Shown piece by piece: positions 13,540-26,378 of a stretch of 64,000 nucleotides of DNA. The translations under genes were made by a program, and so were the position numbers. The stretch's first letter is position 1, and the number at the start of each line of letters is the position of its first letter. A model generated the notes under the pieces. That model was given only the letters and a program-made list of their open reading frames with translations, made no database searches and was not told the origin of the DNA. The stretch comes from Lama guanicoe (Eukaryota): assembly GCA_013239625.1 (NCBI GenBank), contig MU054187.1:4537757-4601756 (forward strand), written 5' to 3'.

Positions 13540-13930
13540 AATATGCTTCTGGGTGTCTGTGGTAAGACGGGTAGATCAAGTGAACATCAACAGTCATCTT
13601 ACGTCTACTGAGGTTGAGTAAGTTCCTCCATCAAAAATAACGTCTGGGAGACCAAGATAGGAAGTAAAGTCTCCAGCAAATCAGTGATCGTGGTGTTGGC
13701 AGAAATGGGCATGAAAATAACTCCAAATACAGAATGCCCGTGTGTGTTCCACTGGAGACACACTGGCGCTCCTCCGTGGCAGGTACACTGGTCTGCTGCC
13801 AGGGGCCTGGCTGGTCCACCCACGATGTGTCACTCTGTTGGGACTCACAGTGGCCACTGCCACCACAGCTCAGCGGTCAGCTGACCATAGTGAGTGTCCA
13901 ACAAACTGTGGCTGGTGCTTATAAGTTCAC
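13540..13930 (-). mobile_element. ERVL-class integrase remnant (LTR-element internal region)
   Basis: Frameshifted peptides DQPGPWQQ / ERQCVSSGTHT / ISANTTITDLLETL / LGLPDVIFDGGTYSTSVDVR / YHRHPEA are collinear with the ERVL integrase core as I recall it (DQPATWWQ..GQRFVLTGIDT..ASAKTTIRGLTECL..GIPHSIASDQGTHFTAKEVR..HHPEA). Confidence 0.75.
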
Positions 13931-14218
13931 GTCTCAGCATCTGACAGACAAGTTCCTGTCTTACACTTTTCTTTTCTAAGCCTTCTTTACTTCTTGAGCA
14001 TGTTTTATTTCACTTGACTTTCAGAATTGTGTTCCATTATCCCAAAATCTCCTAAGGGATTCCGCTTAGAATTCTATTACATCTACAGATGAATTGGGGA
14101 TTTAATGAGGGCCATAGAGAAGATGGCGTGTTCTTAGACATGCAAAGAAGTGAAGTATTCTTGGAACGATTTTCCATTGCTTACTTGATACCTGGTAGAC
14201 ATGAATGCAAACATTTTT

Positions 14219-14395
14219 TTGAGTTTTTTTTTTTTGAAGTATAGTTGATTTACATGTTGTCTTAGCTTCTGGTGAACAGGCTAATGACTCAGTTGTATGT
14301 GTGTGTGTGTGTGTGTGTGTGTATTCTTTTTTATTTTAGGTTATTACAAGCTATCGAGTTTAGTTCCCTGTGCTACACAGCAGGACCTTGTTGTT
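14219..14395 (-). mobile_element. L1 3' tail with internal (GT)n and TSD
   Basis: tttttgaagtatagttgatttaca...tgctacacagcaggaccttgttg; TSD caa(a/g)cattttt at 14208 and 14396. Confidence 0.85.
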
Positions 14396-14475
14396 CAAGC
14401 ATTTTTAAATGGACTGTTTTCAAATATTTCCTGGAAGGAAAAAAAAAAACAAGTTTTCCCAAATGGCTGTTAGGA

Positions 14476-15018
14476 TTTATTCATAGGAACAATTCAAGAA
14501 GAACGTGTAGTAACAGTCCACAGTCATAGAAAGAATCAATCAGCTATTTTGATGTGTGAGTTCCCTCCAAGACAGGGAACTCTAATCTGACCTAAGGTCT
14601 TTGGAGCTTCATGTGACTTATATAGGTAAGCATTTCCAAATGGTTCCTTTAAAATATTTCTTATACTTTAAGTGAGTAGCTTTTCTGGTGTGCCAGCTCT
14701 ATTGACACAGGCTAGAATTCCATTTCTGACAAAAGAATGAATATGTAACATTTTCCTGCTTGGCAAAAGAAGTAAGATATAAACAAAAGATGATTACCAT
14801 TTATTTTCTGAGAGTGGAAGAAAACTACAGATGCAATAGATGAAAAACATGTTTAAAAAAATAGAGCGTTCTTCAAAATTCATGAATGAGGAAGTTACAA
14901 CTAGAATGATATGAAGATTCTGTCTTGCTTTCTTACCCTCTCGAGACAGCTTACTTCATAAATTATTTGGTGAGGTTATAAATCTGGTTAATTGTATTAT
15001 CACTTAGCACAATTAATA
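14476..15018 (-). pseudogene. Candidate terminal exons (15018-, 14900-14798, 14591-14476) with hydrophobic tail and AATAAA
   Basis: Acceptors gcactttag, atcattctag and gaccttag; donor gtaatc. The last segment encodes a hydrophobic ...GLLLHVLLELFL* with the stop overlapping AATAAA (14476-14481, minus strand). Confidence 0.4.
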
Positions 15019-15369
15019 CTAAAGTGCATTTTTGTGGCATTTCCATATTAGGAATTATGATGCTAAATTAATCTAAGAAATGGGCAGATACATAGGAGAT
15101 CTGCCATAAAATATTTGACTTCATTGGGAGAAAAAAAATCTACAAAATTTTACTACATAAGCTTCTACCCTTGTGCTTCCTAAAGATTCTAGTTGGAAAT
15201 GATTTTCTTGAACTTCAGCTAGAAGGAGTTAATAATCACAGAATGAAAGACAAAAGCAAGGCTTTAAGATGATCAGTTATGGAGACATTCAGGTAGAAAA
15301 AGGGGAAAAAAAACATAAAATTCCTCAGAACTCACTTAACAGAAGTCTCATATTAGAGCACACTACTCC

Positions 15370-15700
15370 CTTTTATTTGAATTTTTATTGAGAAATATCA
15401 TATGCACAATAAAGTGCACAGATCTTGATGATTCAACGTGTGTCTACAGCATGAATGACCCCCTTTTCCAGATCAAAGGGCAGGACATCCCAGAAGGCTC
15501 TCCCACGCCCCTTCCCACCAGCACCTCCCCGAGTGAAGGCAACCACCAATTCTACATCTACTGCTATACATTCATCTGCCTGTTGTTGAACTTCATGTCA
15601 ACAGGACTTCCTACAAATGTGACATGTACATTTTTGTGACTAACTTCTTTCACTCTACTGTGTTGAGATTCATCCATATTGTTGCCTGCACTCGTTCAAT
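15370..15700 (-). mobile_element. Old L1 (L1M-type) 3' fragment
   Basis: aaagtgcacagatctt...ggcaaccacca.ttc...gagattcatccatattgttgc. Confidence 0.7.
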
Positions 15701-16169
15701 ATCATCTCTGTAATCAAAGAGAAACAGTAAAAACTTGGAGTTTAGAGAAGAATAAAGGAATAACTAAAATTTGGTTAGTTAAGCACCTACATTTAAGTTC
15801 TAGATCTCCAAATGAAAAGCATGGGGGTGATCTCTTTACTGTCTGTAGCTCTCACATTCCCAGAATGATCAACTGTGAATCCCCCAGGACCTCGAACCAG
15901 ACAGCGCCCACCAGGCTGGGGGTATCAGAGTGAGGAGCGAGGGAAGGGAGGGAACTCAGCCTTCGGGGTTAGGATGAGGAAACAGCTACACAGTAGGTAC
16001 TGAATGAGATTCCTGAATGTGTTGTTGAATCAAAGGGAATCATTCTCATTTCTGCTGAAGTATGGTAACAGGTGAGAGTCTCAATTACAGGAGGAATGAC
16101 ACCCAAGTTAAAGATGAGAAGGATTTAATACCGACAAGAGCATGGACGTACATGGAAGGGGGTGATACC

Positions 16170-16730
16170 ACCTCCTTATCAGGGAGGGCTAGGGAAAAAA
16201 TAAGCACATGAAAATATTCAACTTTGTATCACCATAAAATAGATACTAGAACAACAAATACAAGAAATTTGAACATTCAAATTTGCAAAGGTTAGGAAAG
16301 ATGCCAATATCGTTGCTGGTCAGAACTGGGGGAATGAGCCCTTTAAAACACGGCTGACGGGATAGTAATCAGCACACCGTTTCCGGAGGACTGTTTGTCA
16401 GCATGAATGCAGGGCCTTACACATCTTTGCACTCTAGTTCAGTAATCTCACGTCTCAAAATTTCTTCTAAAGAATAGAGATGAAAACAGAGTTATATGCA
16501 AAAAGTTTATCACAACATTACTTCTAATAACAAACCTTTAAAAAATCTAAATGCCCAGTAATTAGAGAACAGTTTGATGAATATCATTAGAGCAAGCTGA
16601 TGGAATATTATGCAGCCATTTAAAATTATTTTTAAAAGAATATTGAATGACATGAGAAAATGCTTATGAATAATGCCAGGAGAAAAAAAGAAAGATGCAC
16701 AGCTACGTGCAGCAGGTGTCACAAACTGTT
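16170..16730 (+). mobile_element. Old L1 (L1ME-type) fragment
   Basis: ctaaatgcccagtaattagagaa...atggaatattatgcagccatttaaa. Confidence 0.7.
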
Positions 16731-16799
16731 CCCCATCTGGCCTACATAAGGCATTCACAGTGTTCGACTGCTGGGGAAGCGCAGACTTTTTGCAGAACA

Positions 16800-18654
16800 T
16801 GTCAGTCCCCTAAAATGATGGCCTTGTGCTGATGGAACATGGTAAACAGGAAGGGACAAGTACGCTGGGTGCCCTAGGAGAGAACAGGGTACCAAAGAAG
16901 AGAAGGTAAACATTACAAGTAAGGAGGGCCGGCAGCATTGTAAAGGCTGAATGGGTGTGATGGTCTGGGCAAACAGATCACCCCACGACGATGGAGGACA
17001 AGATGGTGCATCCTGCACCCCCATCACTTGGATTCGTAGGCATCATACCCCTTACTGGGGGCTGCTGCTCCAACCCATCATCAGATGACCTGAAGTCTGC
17101 CTGTTTTGAGCGTGGCCCAAGGCAAGGGACCTCTGCTGTAGGTTTGTCTGACACTCAGGCCGTACAGCCCAGCAGACCCAGGAGTGCCAGGGGAGCCTTC
17201 GTGCAGCAGCCCCCCAGTCGAAGAGCTGCAGCCCAGAGCCCCGGAGTTCTGGAGCGAGGCCCTGCCTGCTACAGCAGGGACTGTTTGAATAGCAACCCCA
17301 TATGCTACTGGGCCTGAGTACAAACTGAGCACTTAACAATGGGCTATCAAGTGACAGGGTGACCAGTCTCCCCATCATGGGCTGGGATTTGCCACAAGGT
17401 AGAGCAGGTCCTGGAGCAATTTGTTGTTCTGTGGAAATGGTACAATAGCGGGTGATGTCAGAGCAGGGAGAGACAGGGCCCCTACTTTTAGGAAGTGACC
17501 CTGTGCCCAGACCCTCTCACAGATCAGCGTATAGACAGATCTCTCAACAATCCTGCTTCCTGGGGAAATAACGCCATTCTGCGGCTGTGGTACTAATCGT
17601 AAGTTAACCGCCTTTCCTTGCAGTAGCCAGATTATTTAGCTAGAATTAATAGATAAAATTTGCAGTTCAACCAGTAAACAGTCACAGTGCTTCTCAGGCC
17701 AATTTTAAATGAACTGTCAAAACACTTTACATACACATATGGGTGCAGATGAACAATAAACAGATCTTTCACTTTTTAAACTCTTGGTAATTTACTGTAT
17801 TACTAAGGATAGTATTTCATATTCATACTATTACACAATAACCCATTATTCATCCCCATCTATCATCCATCCATCTATCTATTATCTTGTTTTCCGGTGC
17901 CTTTTAGCTCTGCTAAGTAATAACCTTTGGATTATACTAGTTCTTGTCATAAATCAGAGACGTCCTGACGTCAGATACTTACGAAGTTTCATTGACAGTT
18001 TGTTTGCTCCTATTAGGTAACAGAAGGGATAGAATAGATTTGCAAATGAATTCTTTGGTACTGGCAGCTGTTCTAAACACATCTAATTTGGATTTTTCAT
18101 TTACACAGCTGGCTTTATTGGCTCAGAGGTATTATTGCAAAAAAGACTGAAGCCGCACACGTGTTACACTGAGCTCAAGGCTCATTTAAACATTTTATCT
18201 TCCAAATCCTGAACTACCAGTGACCCTTTCAAAGTTCAGATTTATACTTACTCCTAAAATTATTACAATTCTGGTTTTTAGAAAAGAAAACATAGAAAAA
18301 AATACTGGGAATAAAATCTATCTCCCAAAGCGTACTAAATAATTATAAATGGAAGTAAAATTATTAATTCAATTTGTCTTAAATAACTCTGAAGGATATG
18401 AGTTAAGCACACGAGTAAGGAGATTTGGGATTTGCTAGTATGCCATTTGTTTAAAATACTATTGATATTTTTTCTACTCCTTTATTATCTAGGCTCCTGA
18501 TTCTAAACAGTCAGGCCGAAAGGCCTCCTGAATTTGTCTTATCTTCTTATATTAAAAGGCTTACCTATGAATATTAACTTTATGTTTTGGTGATACCATT
18601 TTTTTCATGGTATCTACCATAAAGCTACTCGAGAAAGAAATACAGTGATGGAAC
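16800..18654 (-). pseudogene. Exon cluster (18654-18565, 18304-18252, 18072-17983, 17713-, 17313-17056, 16964-)
   Basis: Donors gtaagc, gtaagt, gtaagt and gtaagg in series; segments of 90, 90 and 258 nt are multiples of 3. One starts GSITVF. Reading frames are ambiguous. Confidence 0.5.
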
Positions 18655-19719
18655 CATGAAATATACATAAAACACATCATATGGAGTATTTTATATTCAT
18701 CTTAAGACAAAAGCTACTGTAAAGGGGGATATTCTGAGATGATAAATCATCTCTATGGATATCATTTTTTTTTATCTAGTTTCATTTTAGAAAGAGGAAA
18801 TGCATTGTTTGTGAAATACTGGGTTTCCACCTCCCTCCCCAAAGGCACAGTTGATCACCTACAGAAACAGAAAACAGGCCTTCAGCAAACCTTAGATGTG
18901 AACATGGTGATGTGCAACCAGGTTAAGTGCTGGCCACGATAACCACTGCCTTTATTTAGTGATCTGTCACTCTTGGAGGATGGAGTGGGGAAAGTTAAGG
19001 AGGACGATGATTAGAGTCATGGTATTGGCAGGACCAAGAAATGAAGGCACAAGAGCATGAGAGACACTCAAGAAGGGCATGCACTTCTGTACGGCAGGAC
19101 CCCTGCATGGAGCCCAGATGGTCAGAGATGATGCAGAGGGTGGGCCAAGGCATGGAGGCTCTTGGTTGCAGAGAAAGAAGGACTTTTCTTTGTAGGCAAT
19201 AGAGGGGGGCACTGAAAGAGTATTTTAAAATAAGCCTTAGGCACAGAGACTGGTTTAGAGAGCTGACTCTAACGCATGTTTGTTCATTCACATATTCAAC
19301 ATGGTTGGGCTCCTACGGTGCACCGTGTGCATCCTAAATGCTGGCAACACAGAATCTTCCATATGGTCCTTTCCTTCCAGATTCAGTCAGTCTTGTGAGA
19401 CTGTCTAGGATGAACTGGAGAAGCAAGATCATGAGAGCAGTTAGGAAACATTTTTGCCAGGACAGGAGAGAGAGCCTAAGCTACGTCAGCGGCAGCTGGA
19501 AGGGGGAGGGAGCCGCAGGTCTGGGTCTGAGATGTAAATCTACTAGAAGTTGACAGAGGCGCGTAAGTCACTGTATGTGGAAAAGAAGAGAACATGTTTT
19601 AAAAGACCTCAGTAGTTTGATAAATTAGAGATGCCATCAACACAAACAGCCTCTGGCAAGTGAAGGTTTTTGGAGAACAATTTGGGTTGAGAAACTAAGA
19701 AGGGACTGCTGAGTGAAAT

Positions 19720-20195
19720 GGTGTGTCTGGAAAGCACTAATCTAGACACAACAACACACATTAACCGAAGGTCCTTTAAATTTTCAGGAAATATCCAAAC
19801 TGATTGTTACACACAGCTGTTATTAAAAATCATAATGTATTATTATGTCATATGACATTGTTATATTCTGTAGAAAGGTATAAACACTTAAAACTCAATG
19901 CTTTCTAATTATTTCACTACACTCTGTTCTGTCCTCTGGAGGTTGTTGACTTTTACTTGTATCCAGACGGTAGAAACACCACATGGTGGTGGCCACTGTC
20001 CGCCTCTCCCCAGTGCCACAATCTGTGCGGTCAGGTTGGTAGCTTGAAATCGGCCCTGGTGGGTATATTTACACAAAGAATGGAGCTAAACAAACTCAAT
20101 AAACAAATGTTAAAAAAAAAAAAAAGAATAGAGCTAAGCACTACAAATCAATCCTCCAGCCCTCAGCCCCAACCCTGCTTGTTAAATATTTATAT
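19720..20195. mobile_element. hAT DNA transposon (MER63-like)
   Basis: ggtagcttgaaatcggccctggtgggtatatttacac...cttgttaaatattta motif; boundaries approximate. Confidence 0.55.
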
Positions 20196-20338
20196 AGGTG
20201 GTCAATCACACCTTCTGTGTGTTTTGTGGGAAGAATTAAGGTGATTGCACTTATATTTACTATAATGTAAACTAGCTAGTATAGGAATTGTTGATGGCAA
20301 ATTATAGTAGGTTGGTTATTAAATGTTTCTATGGGATT

Positions 20339-20534
20339 AATTTTTATCTTATTTTACTTGTTTTTATTCATTTTTAATAGTTTTGGGTTTTTTTTAATTT
20401 TTATTTGTTTATTTATTTATTTAGGTGGGAGGTAATTTAGGTTTATTTCTTTATTTAATGGAGGTACTGGGGATTGAACCCAGGACCTTGTGCATGCTAA
20501 GCGTGCACTTTACCACTGAGCTATCCCCTCCTCC
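20339..20534 (-). mobile_element. tRNA-derived camelid SINE (Vic-1-like)
   Basis: Minus strand reads gggatagctcagtggtaaagtgcacgcttagcatgcacaaggtcctgggttcaatccccagtacctcc (A and B boxes), then an AT-rich tail; imperfect TSD tc(t/c)atggga(t/c)t. Confidence 0.9.
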
Positions 20535-20970
20535 TCCATGGGACTCCTTTTAGAAGTAAACTCTCAAGAGGGAGAGCGCCAAATTAACCCTCATTGCCCG
20601 ACGTAACTCTCTCAGGAGTTGCCTGACCATTTCGTTAACTGAAAGTATTTTTTAAACCAATATTTCTCTGGGAAAATATTTCACTCTAGTAATCATACAT
20701 ATTAAGACAAAAAGGAAAAAGAAAGGAAAACCAGAATCTTAGCTTGGGCACTACTCTATATTAGAAGATACAGATTTTTATTCTATATTCCTGGATTATA
20801 AGTGATAAATCTCAATTTTCTGAGAACTGGCTTGTTCCTAAACTCATCGTACATTCACAGACTAACTTGGCTCGTTTGACTTCCGTGTATTATTTTTACA
20901 CTTGTGTTTACTGCTTATCACTTTGGTGATTCTTTTTCTCAATCAAAACATGACAACAGAGAAAGCTTAC

Positions 20971-21086
20971 TTTTAAAACCCAAATTAATTTGTTTCTAAT
21001 CACAGCAGTTTTGCCATAACATATTTATGTGCCAGAGCAAATGAACCTATTACTTAGTTTTTCTAACCAATGGAGGTAGACCAGAT
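20971..21086 (-). pseudogene. Exon, 116 nt
   Basis: ctcctgctgttcag acceptor and gtaagc donor; DLVYLHWLEKLSNRFICSGT*ICYGKTAVIRNKLIWVLK. Confidence 0.6.
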
Positions 21087-22301
21087 CTGAACAGCAGGAG
21101 CCCCAGTACTGCTCCCAGAAGAACAAAACCAAGACTCTGCACTCGCTGTCACAGAGCCTCCAGGACTTGCTCGTCAGCTGATCTGGGTCACAGCGTTACA
21201 GTAGCTCTTTTTCTCCGCTGCTTCTCTGCGCCGGTGCAGGTTTCACTGCAACCTCTTTCTCAGACTGGATAATCTAATAACAACTGGAGGACTTGATTGC
21301 ATTTTCTCTTCCTTCTACCTGCTGTGAGAGGCTTTTAGGAGACTTGCATGCATAAGAGATGGCTTTTAATTAATACACCATACAATAGGTTTTACTATAT
21401 CGAATTCAGAAATCAAGAGGAAAAGCGATTTACACGCGACATCTGTGATGTAGTGTTATTTAAGAAATGGATGCAATTTAACATACTACATTAAACTCCG
21501 CATTATTTGTAGTTGGTAGGCTCCATCTGCCCCTAAATTTATGGGACCAAATAGGAAGACATGATTCTAATGATTCTTCTAAAACATCGTGTTACCTGTG
21601 TGGTCACTTTCAGGGAGCTACCCTCAGGAAGAGAGCCTCACATGAGATTCTCGACCTCGCCGTACCACTGAATTTAAGCCCTAGCTGCAGTTACTGGGCG
21701 CAGCACCCACAGTGGACAGGCAGTTCCTCCTACCTTTCACAAGACTTCCTGAAAGGGTGCAAAGTTGGAGGATGTAGCGAGGGTCTTATGCAGACGTACA
21801 GTAAAAAGTAGGGGAGTAATTTGGACATAGAGAACAATTGAATCTTTATCTTTTCTTCCAAAAGTTTTTCAACCTCGGAGCTAAGTTGTGTTTCCCTATC
21901 CTTGAAGCAACAAAGTCATTATCTAACTAATCACACAGTTATATTTTTGAGAAGTGCAAGCCCTGAGTGGGGAAATTTTTTTCTAGGTAATGTATTCCCC
22001 AAGACATACCTATAATAAATAAATTTTATGGGTCCATACTCTCTTTAAAAGGTAATAGGTAGATACATAGATAATAGACAGACAGACGCATTTGCATAAA
22101 TATGCATAACCAACCCCCTTTCTCTCCCTTCACCCTTTGCCCACTCCCTGTGGGGTCCAGGAGCACAGGTCTGTCAATCTCTTCTTCCTGTGGCCACGTG
22201 AATAAATGTCTGCCGTGGAGTGCAAGTACTCAATGTAACCTCTCTCCTCTTCATTTTTAAATTTCAGCCCCATACTCCGTGCAAACCATATGACCACCCA
22301 C

Positions 22302-25300
22302 CCAGGACGAAGAAAGTTTTCAGCTAAAGAATGCATAGATGTCCCAACAGGAGCGCGGTGCAGCCTCAGGCACCAATGTATGGTTTCTGTCTTTCCCCAG
22401 TAACTCTCTCAGGAGGGCCACTGCTTCAGTAAAAGCCTCCGAGAAGGAGCATCTTACGGACAGCGCATATGGAGGCCCTTGGCCATGCACCTCACAGAGA
22501 GCGAGCACAGTTAGTACATCCGCCTCCTTCCACTGTAAAGTCCATTTTATGTTGCTAAGGACAAAACAGCACTGAAACATTCATCATCCAGATGTTTTTC
22601 AACTTGGAAAGCAACAGAATGTCACTGAGGAAAATTCATCAGAGGCTAGTTCTGCAAATTAAATAGGAGGTTTCTGAGTCTGGAAATTTGATTCTTGCAC
22701 AAATAGATTTATACTTGCCTTTTCGGGTAAATATAAACAGCATGCCACTCTACTTCATATGGAAGCTTCCAGTTAAAAATGGCGGTGGGGGTCAGTTGGA
22801 TGAGGACAGTTAGGGGAAGATGATAAGAAGATAATTGTTGAAATAAAACGATATGGTAAAAGTTGCAGCCTGGCATCTTTTCCCTCTCTGGCAATGAGGA
22901 AAGGGAAGTATAAATACTTTCAGCAATGAACTTGAGTTCCACACAACTGACAGGAGAGGTGAGGCTGGCGTCTGTTCGAATTGACATTAGCAGTCTATTC
23001 CTGTTGACTTAGCTCTATTGTGAAGTTAAGTTGGTAGAGAGGGAAAGGACATCCGATCATCTTGTCAAGCTGTGGAGAGAAATAGATGTGATTTCCTACT
23101 GGGGAATTATAAACACATTGTCTTCCCTGTTGGGATAAAGTCAGAACGCAGTTCATTTCCTGTTGGCCTTATACTGGCTGCCCCTGTGTCACTGCTAATG
23201 CAGAAGTGGTGAGATTGTAAATCAGAACCACGATTGTGAAAAATATCTGTGCAGGAAAAGAATGCAAAGGACAGCCTGAAGTATAGGAACGTGAGATAAT
23301 CAAATGCATGTGCTGGTTCTTTAACTGTATTTTCAGAGTAAAATTTGAATGTGCATAATTAGTATGTTTTTCTTCAAATAGATTTTTCTCCTCTGGATAC
23401 ACCATTTTTTTCTTTGTGATAGCTCATTAAGTATTTATTAGAAGGCTCATTTTATTGAAACTGCGGGTTTACATTTTCTGTTGTTGTTGTTAAATGCAAC
23501 CACATGTTTACCAGAAGCAAAAGATGAAGTCTATTTAGAATGTCTGGTCTGTACAGGGCAAAGTATGAGCATGGAGGCCTCTTGTGAAGGGAACTGTACT
23601 TCGGTGAACTAGAACTTGAGGGAGTCAGAACTTCCAAGGAGCTTTTCACTCCCCCAATGGACGTTTGAGAGAAAATATGCATTCTTGCAAAAGGAACAGA
23701 TTGTCAGCAGGTGTCATCACCGCTAGACCTGAGATAGGTCATGAAATTGTCTCTCCTGTGGTAGCCACACATCCTGAGAGACCACATTCTCCCCACTGCG
23801 TTATGGGGTGCAGGTCCGGTCACTTAACCTTCCACTAGCCTTCTTTTCTCCTTCCTAACAGAAGCCCTGGTCAGGCCCTCTGGCATCTATGAACACAGTC
23901 AGGCAAAGGATCTCTGCCTCATAAGAGCCTCTGAAGAAAAACGAGCAGAGTCAAGGGGTGGTGGATGGTCTGAAATAAGAAAGACAGGTGGTCAGGGAAG
24001 ATGTCTCTGAGAAGGGGACATCTGAACACAGGCAACGTTTAGGACTGAGTTACGAAACACACAAAGTCAGAACTGGATGCTTCACCATGTCCTTCATCAC
24101 TGTCACCTATGCTGATTTAGGTCCCCTCCTCCTTACGCCATGCTTACAGCCATCACTGCACACCCCATCGCTGCACAGACCAGGTCGCACGATGAACACT
24201 CCCATGTGGGTCCTCCTCTGACAGCACACTGTTGAATTCCTCGAGGAGGAGGAGTAAGACTTACCTACGTTAGTGTCCCCCCGCCTAAGGTCTCATTACG
24301 CAGGCTCAACAGCGAGGACGGAACTGACCCAGACACTTAGCGCTTTATATTCAATGGCTGTCGTATACTTGGAGTTGGGGGTAAAATAATGTCTACTAGC
24401 AATATGCTTGGCAACCGGAAGCCATTCCTAACACTGGAAACAGGGCAACGTGCCCGAACTTCTAAAGCAAAGCCGGGCTAACATTGCAGAACTGAACAGT
24501 CTAACATAAAGAAGAAAAGGAGCTGTACTGGGTGTAATGTGATTCTCACTTCTTCAAAGCAGATTTTTTTTAAACCTGAGTGTACCTGACTTCCTAAGAT
24601 GCTTCCTCAACTCAGGATACATGAACAGGACATAAAAGCAATTTTGGAGGCAAAGTCAGAAAACACTAAAGTTAGGTTCTAATTCAAAGGCATTGTCAAA
24701 AGCAAAAGTAGAAAACAATATTGTACACACAGTCAGCTTTTTCTGCCTCTCCTGGTCTACACGGCTGCAGGCATCGCTCTCTCTGTGCTTTCATCACGTC
24801 ACCTGCTTAACTTGAAGCCACGCTGCTCCACTGCACACACAGAATGGCTTGTCTCAGCAGACTTTACTTTTTCATTTTCCCCCTAAACGTTGCCTAACAC
24901 AACTTGAGAGTCGTGGCCCTATTTCAGTAGCATATTAGCCATCAGATAAGACGTAACATCAAAAGTGAATTCGGCACTGTATTCGTTCTAGTATAATTTA
25001 AAATCTACTGATGCCCCTTCGCACCACGGAAGAGCTCTGCCTAGAAGTCCTAAGATGCAGGTGGGATCTCGAAAGTTGTGTTGTTTTTAAAGAATGGTGG
25101 CATGGAGAACGAGAAATCATCCTTGGGTTACCTGCAGGATGGAAGGGGCAGTATCCCCAAGCGTTACTGGTTTGAGATCTCTGGTTATGCTACCAGAAAT
25201 GGGCGTGTCCTTTCCAGGCTTAAAGTACATGACATTTACAACCTAATGTTAGAACTCCTGCCTTTATGGCTGAGGTATCTACAAAGGGGCATTCTCAGAG

Positions 25301-25855
25301 AATTCTCGTTTCTTCCTCTGGGCAAGGAAGATGTCCAACAATGTAACTCGTATCTTTTCATAGGGATGGCAGGAACACTTAGCACTTACATAATGGACCC
25401 ACGTGATTTAAAAGATGTGCTCATCATGAATCAGTTTGTCTCTATCACATTCCTATGAATTCCTTGTGGCATTATTTAATTTTTACAGCTGATGTGGCAC
25501 TGATAATGAACAGGCTGTTCTGACTTTCCAAGGGGAAGAGGGGAGACAGCAGAATGCAGCGTCTTCAGTGAGGAATCTCACTGCCTGGTCATGTTAGTTG
25601 GTGGTCTGTTTATCACTGAATTTCTTCATGTGAGAGTTAATCAGTAATCAGGAATTTCCAACCCTACAGAATGGACTGAATCAGTCCAAAACAATCACTT
25701 ATCCACTAGTCAAAATATGACACTGGTTACGTGGGTCAAGGAATTCTGTAGAAGACACAGCCGCTTTACTCGGCCTTGGGCAGCACTTGAAGTCCCCTTT
25801 TTGTTCTTCGTGTTGGTCCCTTTGCACTCCATGACCTTCCCATGCATGTGAAGTT
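22302..25855 (-). pseudogene. Run of symmetric phase-1 exons (25855-25703, 25278-25132, 25040-24894, 24392-~24341, 23664-23512, 23246-23013) then 22946-22754 and 22554-22302
   Basis: Five have lengths of 153, 147, 147, 153 and 234 nt (all multiples of 3). Exon 22946-22754 (phase 1>2) joins 22554 (phase 2) as ...FLTGSFHMN-NIKWTLQWKEADVLTVLALCEV.... There are multiple stops and several mutated splice sites. Confidence 0.7.
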
Positions 25856-25992
25856 CCGTGAGATTTAGGTAAAGAAAAGCAAGGGTGGTTTGGGTTAGAT
25901 AAAAAGGGAATGGAAATGAGTCACCGAGGAAGGCTGTCAAGTCACTTTCACTCTGTGGTATCTGAGTGGCTTGGGATGAGCTAGAAAGTAAA

Positions 25993-26378
25993 TGTGATGT
26001 TTATTTTATGTGTCAACTTAAAGGTTGTTTGGGGTGATGTTATTTAAATCAGTGAACTTGGAGTAAGCAGATGGCGATCTGGAATGTGAATGGATCTTAT
26101 CCAATCTGTTGAAGACCTGAATAGAACAAAAAGACCAGACTTCTCCAGGGAAGGGGGGATTCTCCAGCGACTGCCTCTGGATTTCATCTACACCATCCAC
26201 TCTCCTTGGTCTCCCCTGGACTCAAACTTTATCAGTTCTCCTGGGTCTTAAGCCTGCCAGCCCGCCCTGCAGATTCTGACTTGCCAGTCTCCATTACCAT
26301 GTGATCCAATTCCTTGTAACTAATATTTTTCTATATACACTTCCCATTGGTTATGTTTCTCTTGAGAACCCTAATACA
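25993..26378 (+). mobile_element. MLT2 (ERVL) solo LTR
   Basis: tgtgatg..tattttatgtgtcaactt...tctcttgagaaccctaataca; 5-bp TSD gtaaa/gtaca. Confidence 0.9.

Noticed and set aside
18592..18614. 8-bp hairpin gataccat...atggtatc
   Set aside because: Expected by chance in 64 kb; no context for a terminator or structured RNA.
20455..20530. tRNA gene
   Set aside because: tRNA-like head followed by a SINE tail and TSD, with similar copies at 29336 and 46507; it is a SINE, not a tRNA.
25078..25458. 126-aa plus-strand ORF
   Set aside because: Antisense to the minus-strand exon 25278-25132; non-ATG start and no domain.
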